Shown here piece after piece: positions 53,122 through 64,000 of a DNA stretch of 64,000 nucleotides. Each line of letters starts with the position of its first letter. The stretch's first letter is position 1. Below the pieces are notes generated by a model. That model was not told the DNA's origin and ran no database searches. It was given only the letters and a program-made list of their open reading frames with translations. The stretch is from positions 3,410,001-3,474,000 of the forward strand of contig JBLDXI010000009.1 of the NCBI GenBank assembly GCA_047495785.1, in the 5' to 3' direction. The position numbers and the translations under genes are program-made. The DNA is from Lepidodermella squamata. Lineage: Eukaryota > Animalia > Gastrotricha.

Positions 53122-56100
53122 TTAAATATCAAATAAAATAATCAGCAGCGAAATTCCGCCAATAAACACAACAACGAGATTAGAGCCACATTTAAGCAAA
53201 GAAATAGCCGAGGAGAACTTGGAATATGCGATTGATTTGTCGATTTCTTCTTGTATTGAGTTCAAATTATGAGTTATGGGTGTGTAGACGAAATGAATCG
53301 CGAATTTCGAAAGCGATGCATCAGGTGAATTCCGCTCAATTTTCATGTGAAGATGCGAAAAATTCGACTGAAGATTGAGGAATGAGACAGAAAGAGGAGC
53401 AGGCATTGGGGTCATTTCATTAGACGGCCAGCTTCGATAGACGACGATCCCTGAACCAACATTTACTATCGTTATTTTAGGATTGCAGACGCTGAGCTGA
53501 GAGCTACAAAGACCTATTCGCCGCCCAGCCTGCTCTGTCGAGCAAATAATTTCCAAACTAGCTGGATCTTTCTTGAATCCGAAATCGGAAAAGCTGATGA
53601 CGTAACCGGGATCTGCGACAGAAAAATCTTGCTCGCCGAAATAAACGAAGCACATAGGAGGCTTGACAACCTTAAGCACATTTATTTGAGCCGGTTGCTC
53701 AGGCGGACCCAAAACGTAGACACCCTGGTGGTATTCGGCGGAAATTTGTCTCAAATCAAATACAAGGCTGGGTAATAAGAGTTTGCCACCACTACCAGGT
53801 TTAACGGTGACATGACTCGGCAATGTAGAACTGAACGGCTTTGTTAGAGCAGATAAGAAATGCCAAAACCAGGCCTGGCAACAGTTCGCTAAGCTTCCAA
53901 TAAGCTGATCAGGGTGCGTGTAAACAGGATTCAACTCGTAGGATTGATCATCATCAACCTCAACGTAATTAACCAGAACAACCGGTAATCTCTGACTTTT
54001 CTCGTCGATTTTCCAAGCTTGAGGCAGCTTTTTGAAGAAGAATTCGTGGAATAAACCATAATCACACTTGGTCACAACTTCGCTTTCCGAGCAAATGCAA
54101 TCGGCCCGCGAGAAAATCGCGCAATTTAACAGATAGTCATTTCGGCTCTGCCAGAAATTGAAGCTGTCAAACTGCTCGAAACGATCAGTTTCAGAGGCAC
54201 ATTCCGTGAAACTCAAATTCTTGTAAGTGATATAGGGATAGCATTTTAAACACGAACCAAAAAACCTTCGATATCGGCCTGAAAAGGTGCTATCATAAAA
54301 ATTTGAGCAAGACGGTATGTCACACAAGTCTGCTAGCAATTCAATCGAGTTAGGCCGATTTACATAGCAGAAAGGTCCAGATGATAGGATTCCGGGCTTC
54401 GAGCGGCAGTAATTTTTGTCCTTCGAAGAGTCGGAATAATTGGCCCAATTTACACAGGGAAGGTTCAAGCAGCCCGATTTTGCTTCGATTCCTCGATATT
54501 CCGAGCTTTTTGAAGGTTCATTGCAATCGTTGTAGAGGCCTTTTCGATAACGGGACGGTGCAACCTTGACTTCAATACTGACATTTAGAACTTGTTGAAA
54601 AATCACAGGGTCGCCGATTTTTATTTCGATGACATAGAGCCCAGCAACAAAACGACGGCAATTGTCCAAGTTAAGGTACGGCATGTGGGATGTGAATTCA
54701 ACCACAGCCCAGATTTCCTTCTCATCAACAGTCAAGGTCGAAAATTCGATTGGCTGGCGGGGATTGACAGGCAAATTCGAGGGCACTGGAACAAATAGTT
54801 CTTGATTTTTATGCATTGAAGTATGCCATACAATGCTGATTAAGGCTTGATAGCAAGGCTTTGCCTCGAAATTGTTTTTCGAAGTACAAAGAATCGCGAA
54901 TTCCGGAATAAGCTGAATTTTTACCAAGACTTTAATGTTTGCACCGGGTTCGATTCGAATTTCCAGGTGTTGATTTAGTCGCGAGGACGAGCTCAACTCA
55001 ATTCGTGACCCGTCGAAAGGTTCCAAAACAATAGAAGCATTGAAGAGATGATCGAGACCAAGTGGGGCTAGATTAATAGCCCCGATTTCAAATAGCATAG
55101 GCGGCCTGAGCATGACACTTGGAACAGAGTGAGGGAATAATCGAAATCCTAATTCATATGTCTTGCCCAGGGAATTTTCAGGTATTATGCCAGTTACGGT
55201 TGCAGTATTTTCGTCGATCAAGGTAACAGTAGCATTGAGTCGTTCAATCAATTTGCTCCCATAGGCAGGAACATGAGTGAAAATTTCGACTGGATTGCAG
55301 AGTTTCGCGTCGCAGAACTCGAATTTCCTCCCTTGAAAATTGCACACCACAGAGGCAGTGATAGATTTTGAATAATTGGCCACTTTCAAATACAAAACCG
55401 AGTTATCCTCCAAATTTCTGAGAAAATTCCCGTTGAGGAGAGCCCGGCAGATCGGCCTTCTGTTAACCGAAATTAGATGGTACTCGAAACTGCCATTGAA
55501 GAAGCATCCATAGAGGCCGGAATCTCCAGTTCGTAACACATTTGGCCGGCCAAAATTGAGGTGGACCCCTGTTTTTGTTGTAGCGCTGAAGTCGTACCGA
55601 TCCCTCAGCAGAGCTATTTAAAAATCAAAAAATAAGGCGAATAAGCACATTTAACTCAAAGCCGTTTACGCTGGAAAGCTCCGATTTCAGGGTGAAAATA
55701 TTCCCACGTGATTTTACGCCCATGCCACTCGGCTGCTAACTCGGCACTTTTGCAACTTATCGTGAAATCTTTCACTCCTTCATCATAAGAATGAGTTGTG
55801 AACGTAGCAGGATCGATATTTTTCTGCCTATGTAGATACGGGAAGATTTGCGGCGATTCGGCTGGCTCGATTGTTTCTTTCTTCCGAAAGTACATTTCTG
55901 TCGATCGACTGTTACAAGTGACATCAGAGCAAATGCACGCCTTCAAAACGCATTTCAGCTTCCTCTTCGAAATATCAACAACAAAACCTTGGCAATCAGG
56001 CGTTATATCGCAAATGGCAATGCATCTTCAGCGAAAAAACAATGAACTAATTGATAATCAAAAACCCGCCCAACTTACTCGGCAATGGAGAAAACAAACA

Positions 56101-59100
56101 TTTCCCGAATTGAATTGAGCATGACTGGCAATACTTTTGAAGGGTACGGCTTACAGCTGTGTTTCATGCCAGTGCAAGTCCAGAAATATTGCCATTCGGT
56201 CATATTAACGCCTCTAATAACAGTCTGCCTAGCCCATGTTCCGTTAAAGTGTTGGCAATCGCAAGATCCGTAGAACCGCTCGTAATTAGTGTTCAGCAAA
56301 GCATCATTTTCTAAGGAAAAATTAGAATAGTAGCCGAAAATCATGAAAAAAATAGTTCAAACCATCGTCGCAAAGTGGAACATGACAATAGCCCCAATTC
56401 CAACCAGTATTGCCGCCGGCCAACGGGCAGTACAGGGCATTCGGCTCTCCAACAGGATTTCGACAATAATTATTCATTTTTGAGCCTTTCGGATCAACGC
56501 GAGCAGAAGGTACCATGGACTCCCTAAAATAAAATAAGAAATAGTTACAAAATGCAACATTTTTTACTTACGAGAGACCGCTTCGAGGTATCAAGAAAGA
56601 ATTTGTCCATTTTTGACAAGGCTCGTCACACACGGTCCTATCCATGGACCCAACATATTCATGGCCAGAAGAAGTTCGCCGACAAGTTGATTCGAAAGCT
56701 AAAAAAATGATAAAAATAAAAAAATGCGGAATATTGAAAGATCTTTCAATTTATTAATGCAATTTTTTCAAAAGCACGTTTTACAGTGCAGATGGAATTT
56801 AGGACAAATTTACGCCCGGGGGATTATCAAACAGAAACAGAGGGTAGAAAACTGAGCAATTCATAAAATTTCTTGAGTTACATTTTTTTATTTCAAGATG
56901 CTTACCGTGATATTGGGGCATAGCCGCTTCGACAAATAAGTAAGGAATCCTATCAGAAATCGACGGCGGCCTATCGAGAAGATCAAACCGCACTGTAAAT
57001 CGCTTCGAAAGCCAGTCGGCAAATATGTGATCCATAAACCACTCAGTATAGCCAAAATACTTAGTTTGATTTTGGAAGAAGGCAAGCGTCACGTTAACAG
57101 TGCTTCGACGCGGGTCAACAGAATGGAAAATTGAAACAGCTTCCCAACGCCATTCAAGCTCTTCAACCGTCCAACCGTTCACTGAATCGTAGATTTTAGG
57201 ACTTTCCGAACCCGATGCAAAGACTTCAACAATAACATTGCATTCTTTTGTTTTCTCATGAACGCAAATCCGGATGGCATTTTCTCGGGGTAAAATGCAT
57301 ACGAAAGTGGCATTAATTTGAAAAGTCGGAGATAGAAACAGCGAAACGTTCATGCCGACAGGATACTCTGCAACATTATTAATAAATAATCGACAGGAGT
57401 CGTTAAGCGAACCGAAGTCGCGGATAGCTGCAAATTTTTTGAAACGAAAAGCGTCGTATGAATTCAGAAAGAAATCTCCGGCTTCTTTGAATCTATTTCC
57501 GAAGTACGCGATGATTGAATAGTAGACGCCGAGCTCAGGTTTGAACGAAATTCTGAAGGCGATAGAACTCTCGGTTAAAGCAATGCGATGCAACCAGTCA
57601 AACATGTAATTATTTGTTGAAAATTTCAATTCATCCTCCTCGAAAACATGGAATATCGGGATGCATACAGCGCTTTCCTCCCCACAAATTGTGATCATAA
57701 GGCCGTGGCAAACCAATGATAAGGTCACATTGGTTTCGTCAAGTGAATAGAAACCAAACCGAGCGCCATTTGACGCTACGCTTGAAACCATAAACTTCCT
57801 CTGGTAATAGGGTGATACGTAAATGTCACAGGAGGTGGACAGATCGATGAATTCAAGAACGTGATATTCCCATTCCTTCGCAATAGAGTTGCCACATCGA
57901 TAAATACCCGAATCAGAAGAGTTCATCCAGTTGAATAGCAAGGCTGTTTGATTGCTGTAAAGTAGTTCCCGCGCATGCTCGACGAAAATTTCCCAGCCAG
58001 GTGGTCGCTTTTCCGGATCGGCGAAAATAATTGCACCTAAAAAATGAATTAAAAATGAAAAATCGAAATTTGAGAATTGCTTGAAATTCGATTCTAGCTA
58101 TCAATTGTCTGTCTGTTGCATAGCATAGCATAGCATTTTCTTTATTTTATCTTTTCCGACGATGGAAACAACCGAAAACTCAGCGGCGAAACGTTTGATG
58201 AGCGGACCCTTGAACACATTGAACATATTGAAACAATGTTGTTTATGAGCCAATGTTAGAAAAATGAATTAAGTTGGAACTAAATCCTAAAAATGCATAG
58301 CCTAATAATTCAGTTACCTGTCGAATAGAATCGATCGCCAAACGCTTTCTCCCAAACTGAGCCGTACGCGTGAGAAAGGGTGCAATTCAGCATGTAACTC
58401 TGCGTAGAAAGCTGGTGCTTCCAGTGATACACAGCAGTTGGATGATAACGATCATCTGCCAAAGTATTTCGATTTTAATTAATAAAAATGCTAATTTCGT
58501 CTGACAAACCTGGATATTTAAAACTACGCAACTCAACGCTAGCAATGAAAACATCGGTGTACTTCTTTCTCAAAGTCGAGTTTTCGAAATAGAAGCTGAT
58601 ATCGTATCGATCATCAACTTTCCAGCTGGGCATCGTATCGTTATAAGTAATCATCGGGAAAATTATCTCAAAGGTCCTGAAATCTTGCTCCGAATTCAAA
58701 TATTCACTGCCCCATTTCGCTTTGTGGCCCGATTTTTTCATATCAAGAGTATCAGTAGTGATGGTCAGCAAAGGCTGAAAACTAACTGATGACATCCCGT
58801 AGCCATAAAAAACTGATTTTTCCAAGCTCGTTATCCAAATTCCAGGATCGCAGAAAGAATTATTGGCGTTTTCACATGGTAAAAAATCTGATAGCTGCGC
58901 TCGATGGATGCGGCATTTCAGCGATATTGTCACTTCTTGAGCGAAACGTGGTGGAAAAATGACGATCTTATTTTTCGGCTCATTCGTATCGCGGATAGGA
59001 TATCCGTTGTAAAGCACAGTGCAGTCAACTTCCAAGGTATCATTCGGCCGCCAATAGCCAGGTTTTGTATGCTTTGGACAAATATCATTTCGATGCCGGC

Positions 59101-59944
59101 TTGTGAGATCAACTGGCCGGCACCAAATCAAACACTGTTCATTCGCCCGAGCATCGCGTCCCACAAAGAAATAGGGGAGACACTCGGTCGATTCGCAGAA
59201 TTTATGGCCCTCCTCAACAATTTCGTCCCAAGTTCTCCCGGACCAGTTTCCAGACTGCATCAAATCAGGTTCATACAGCAACTTATGATTCGCCAAACTT
59301 TTCGAACCATCTCGGTTCAAATAATAATTTTTGATCGTATAATCCGCTTTCGAAAAAAATTCCTGGCCATAAATTCTCATAGGCTGAACACTGGCAGGGC
59401 AGGCCTTGTTGAGATCAAACTCGAAACCTTGATTACCACGGAAGAAATAGTGGAGTTTGGCGAAATTTACAGGTATATTATCTCGTTTAGGAACGAAATA
59501 TAACTTAGAATCGTTCACGTTGATTTTCCAACCCAGTTTCACAGTAAACTTCGTAAATTCCACGCGATCAGCATTTTCGCACTTATTATGATCGATTCCG
59601 ACCAATGCAAACAACCATTTAGGAATCTCAGCCTCCACATAGCCATCAAACACGTTGAAAAGTATTTCAGGAATTTCAGGATGAACAGTGCCATTAAATC
59701 GGGTCGATGAAACGCCAATATCAAAACTGAGCCAGGGAAATTTTCCAGCTTCAGCAACTGCTGTAAAAGCCGCATCGTGAAAATAGACGCAATTTTCCTG
59801 TTTGACTCGAATCGAAGCAAAACCACCCGGCTCACGTTCACTAGGAGGGACTAGCATGTCAAAATCAACAATACCGAACCCTATACGCGGATCATAGCAC
59901 CGACTCTTCGCAACTAAAATTAGAAGCAAGTAAATTATAACCAT
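53122..59944 (-). CDS. Array gene G1: intact Ig/kringle/PAN GPI-anchored protein, ~2023 aa
   Basis: Exons 59944-58510, 58455-58318, 58036-56906, 56698-56572, 56523-56363, 56310-56079, 56025-55670, 55613-53122 (6072 nt). Signal peptide MVIIYLLLILVAKSRC; kringle NYCRNPVGE...WGYCHVPLC. Confidence 0.88.
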
Positions 59945-60047
59945 ATCCTATGATAAAAAAATCCGATTTAATCAATAATTTTAATCAATCAAATCAATCA
60001 AATAAAAAACTTTTAAGCAGTCGATTTTTGAGCAAGCAAAAATTGGA

Positions 60048-61648
60048 TCACAGGAAATAAATAACTGATAGAATAAGAGCAATTGCGTAGAGTGACATGT
60101 AATCGAAGAAGATTTGGCCAGCTTCGGCGGTTTTTGGTCCTTCTTCGACCCTTGAAGGATTCGAGGGCTCGCTCTCATCCGTGTAAGTTGTATCGCCGAA
60201 ACGGGTGCTGGTCGAAGGCGCGAAGTAGAAAACAACTGAAGTCGCAAAGGCATCGCGCGTTGTTTTGAAAGAAATTTCAATAGTTGCCTTATCCTTGTCG
60301 ATTGCCCAAATTGTTTCTTTGCCGATAATTCCTGTAACTGGAGGGTATTCTTTCTCATTGAAACCAAACCGCTTCACCGGCTCGCCGTTGTTGTAGATTT
60401 TGACGTAAGGGGTGCATTGTTGAGGCTCGCTACCCTGGGCGCAATACCCAACGCGGAAGACGCTGCCAAACTCGCAGTTCAGCGTGGTTTTGATTGGGCT
60501 TTCATTGGGTGAGAAATGCTTGCGCAGGAAGTGGTCAAGCCGAATAGCGTAGCCGCTTGATACAATCGATAGCTGGCCAGGAAACCTTTCACCTCCGCCT
60601 TCAGTAGTCAGGGTACATTTCGGGGGAGCTAAAACATGAAAATAATTAAGATGCGAAAGTTCCCAAGTCATACAGGGGCATATTTACTTGAATCTTCTGA
60701 TTTTTATCCCAGGCAACTACTCTATGACTAATTAGTTCTCAGCTTTTTCGTAAATAGCTTGGAAAAAGCGGCACAATTTTTTCATTTATTTCTATACAGC
60801 GCAATGAAATCTGGATCCAAAATGTACTGATCCCTTCTTACCCTTCCTTTGAAAAAATATTTGAGGTTAGGACTTACCAGTTACTCGAACGATATGTGTT
60901 TGTGTTAGCGTGTCGTTATTCGCATAACGGCACGTCGCCTCGAGATCGCTCGTGATCGGCTCCGCAATTTTTAGAAATGAAAACCCACCGACGAGATCGA
61001 TCGTAAATTTGAAGTCCTGCGGAAACTGATCCCAGGTAAGCATTTGATCGCCTTTCATTGGCAAATCGCAGCGTAATGCCAAGTTGGCAGTATTCATATC
61101 AACGTAGTGGTACTGAACTTCGGTTAAGGCTCCGCCCTCGATAGCCTGCTTCAAAAATTCTGTCGATCGGCTCGAATCATCCAAGCGTTCGTAGTAGTGA
61201 TGAAGAGTAACCTGACCTGGACCTTGAAAATAAATGAACAACAACTGTTGATTCCCTCCAACCATGGTTTTGAACAAATTCAAAGGTCAAATTTCAAAAT
61301 CAACAACCGAAGGGATCTTTTTTGACTTGGACATGGAAAAATTGTCATTACCATTAACAGAGCAATCGATATAATCCGAGTCTTCAAAAGTCTGGAAAGC
61401 GTTCTGGCAACGGCAAGATACAAACTCGCATCGCTTTTCCGTTTCATCGAAATTGAAGCCCAGACAAGAAGGCGCCGCATTTTTCAATTCATCACATTTC
61501 GAACGGCAATGCTGTGGAATAGAGATGTTCAAATCTCTCGGTGGCACGTACCATTCTTCCCTGGAACCATGCGGAACCTTGCCAGCAGTTGATCCGCATA
61601 TGCAATGGCCATCACGACGAATGTAATTTCCAACCATAAGCCGCTCGT
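60048..61648 (-). CDS. G0: 3' exons of a divergent relative (PAN, Ig-like, terminal domain, GPI-type tail); 5' exons not found in the window
   Basis: Exons ~61648-61310 (GHCIC...CRSKCDE...CLGFNFD...C, PAN), ~61222-60878 (LRCD...LTW...ATC, Ig-like) and 60628-60048 (APPKC...VGYC...CTP, hydrophobic tail). The junction between the first two exons is uncertain. Confidence 0.7.
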
Positions 61649-63081
61649 CTAAAATTGCATGAGTAGTCTTCAAATATAAAAAAATAATGGGCGAGGTTTA
61701 AAACTAAACGGGGTGCACTCTAGACATTAATTAATTACAAATACCGACCCAAGAACAGAAAAATCGAGCTTGATTGCTCCAAAGTTCGGAAGAATAAGCA
61801 ACTATGCCCGTCGAGTTTTTCCCGTGACCCGGCGATGAAAGCGCTATTTAGAACAATTTAGAGCAAAAGCTTTCGACTTTTCATATAAATTTCCGCAGAA
61901 TAAGGGTTGTTTGGATCTGGGATTCGTCCTTGCTTCAATTCAAGTTCACTTTTTCCTTGTAACTAATTCTTCCAAAGATTATCGTAAGGAAAATTTCAAG
62001 ATCTATCTTTTTCAAACTCGTACACGCGTGTTTACAGGTGAAATTAAGAGGCGGCGAAGACTCAGCAGCAGCGTCAGGCGAATCATCAGCAGGCGCCACA
62101 GCCACAAACTCAGCCAGAGGCGTTGCAAAAGGCACTTCGGCCGAAAAAGACCTGGAGGCCCTAGCCCCTGGCCAAAGGTCGATAAAATAAAGCTGAAAGA
62201 CGTGCTACGATAATAAGGATACAAGTTATGCATGCTTAAATTGCTATTCAGTCATTTGTTTGCAGATTTCATGCTATACAAAATTCAAACTACAAAATGG
62301 CTTCGAAATTCTGAGAGAAAAATGATGTACTTCCTCAAGTAATACCGCTCGAAGTACAGCGGGTAGTTGCAAATGCAATTTGTTCCAACCAACCCTGCAT
62401 TTGTAGTTCATAATTTTTTAGGAAAGGCCTTCCCTTCGCGCTCAAACATATCTGATGTGGACCAGCATGATTTGTCAGCATATGCATAAAAGTTTATGCT
62501 ACTATCTCTCGCAATACAATAAAAGGCAACACCTGCGCATTCCTGTCGTATACATACAACCGGATCTTCGCGGCCTTGGAGATGTGTATATCGGTGATAG
62601 AAATAAGCCATTTGCGAACAAAGCGCACTTTATCTGAAGATTTTCCCCAAATCTCAGCCCCGGAAATAGTCTAAATAGGCTTCAAATTTATCCGTAACTA
62701 CCCCGTCAGCTCCACATTTCTAGTCATTATATCATTTCGGTGTAAATAACTTCGTCGCTTTGATGTTAACTTTGTAAACCTGTAAATTCGGCAAATGCGA
62801 TTTTGGTCGGGCTTTCGACGTAATTCGAGTAAAAAGTGAAGTCGCGTTCACAAGCTGCACGAGGGTTCAAGTGGCATCCTATCCCCATGCAATCTCGGTC
62901 GAGTTCCGGAAGTCGCATCGAATAAGCTTGCTTCTACCGATCTCGCCGAGAACTGGAAATCAGCTATTGCTAATCCGATGCTAGCTGCCTGTTCCGAGAT
63001 TTTAGATTGTCCTTATTCTTAAGGGAGAGACCATAAGAGCAGTACAAACCAGCAAACCTGTGCCACAGATAGCAGGAGAGA

Positions 63082-63170
63082 AAAGTCCAGCTCCATCTTG
63101 GCCAAGTAGTTCAAATTGCTCTTTAAGCGTATGATCGATTGCGAATTGAGGAGCAAAGGGAAATGAAGAG
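63082..63170 (+). mobile_element. Crypton remnant of the same family as 30120-30746
   Basis: KVQLHLGQVVQIAL*AYDRLRIEEQREM versus KVQLHLGQSVQIALQAYDRLRLEEQRAM. Confidence 0.7.
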
Positions 63171-64000
63171 CAATAACGATTTTTCTCAAAAATTGCTCTA
63201 TGAAGGCTCATTCGTTTCTCCCTCGTGAGCTAGAAGCAATTTCATCAGCCACGAATCCGTTGAAATTGCTGTCGCCGAGCAAGAAACTACCACCACATAT
63301 AACCGTGCCTGATGCCTACTCGTTCCTAATTTTATGCTAGAATTTTTGACTCGCCTCTGGCGCTTATTTACTCTTTAAATTCATAATAAATGACTGGTAA
63401 ATACTCAAAGAAATACTGCTAGAAAAAGCTGGAAATAGCTAGCTGGAATTACCCCAGGCACATTTTACTGGACAGAGCTGGAAAACACGTGAACTGGAAA
63501 GAGGTGGCACATTTTGCCGATAACGCCTCACGGGTCCACCTGTGATCAACCTGGTATCGGCTGATTTCCAAGATTGAATCGGCGATATCTATAGGAAAAG
63601 CTGCCGAGATTGTTGTGATATTTTAAACCGCCTCACTTGCCGGACAGTTGGCCTAGCGCCGACGAATTTCTAACTGCGCACAGGATTCTATTTTAGCTTT
63701 TCTGAATGAAATCACCGTTTGCTCGATGGAAGTTGGAATCGAAATTCACGCTTTAATAACCGACTCGCTGAACATCCCAGTCCAACGTTGTGTGATAAAC
63801 GCGATAGGAAATATTCCCTCCCACTACAACAAGCTACTAAGTAGCCTACAGGTTGAGATATTCTGCGATTTCATTGCAAACTAAAGCACCAATATTTGAC
63901 CGTTTATCGCAAATCTGCAGTTGAAATTCGTCTCCAATTGTCGTTTTTATAATAGGGTTTCAAATCACAGCGGTCTTCGAAACTGGCAGGAAACTGGCGA

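Noticed and set aside
3663-59944. Treating the large ORFs (380-845 aa) as separate intronless genes, and the many short plus-strand ORFs over them
   Set aside because: The large ORFs are exons bounded by conserved splice sites in all six copies; the short ORFs are antisense shadows with no motifs.
15465-60047. One giant protein made by cis-splicing the repeats together
   Set aside because: Each unit has its own signal peptide and anchor tail, acceptor-to-ATG phases differ between junctions, and G6 has an in-frame TAA immediately before its ATG.

Overview
Eukaryotic (animal-like) genomic DNA with many short 49-70 nt GT-AG introns. The left end holds the 3' part of CCT7 (+) tail-to-tail with a FAM166/CIMIP2-like ciliary gene (-) that has an RFX X-box upstream. 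From 3663 to at least 61.7 kb the minus strand carries a head-to-tail array of six paralogous 8-exon genes (G1-G6, ~2000 aa each), plus the 3' end of a diverged upstream relative (G0). Each encodes a signal peptide, an unrecognised Cys-rich N-terminal domain, Ig-like, kringle and PAN/apple domains, a repeated unrecognised C-x(4-8)-C-[ND]-P domain, and a GPI-type tail. Adjacent genes are only 24-103 bp apart and each spacer has a 3' splice acceptor 0-16 nt before the next ATG, which suggests a polycistron resolved by SL trans-splicing (or a shared-leader cassette system). G1, G2 and G4 look intact; G3 (deletion plus frameshift), G5 (in-frame TGA) and G6 (Harbinger MITE in exon 6) are disrupted. 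Large introns contain nested mobile DNA: two copies of a pogo-like transposon carrying an OTU protease domain, four Crypton tyrosine-recombinase remnants (one beside a loxP-like site), a piggyBac MITE, tRNA-derived SINEs and a LINE end. Exon models were built by hand from splice sites and paralogy, and each summed CDS length is a multiple of 3. No database searches were run.
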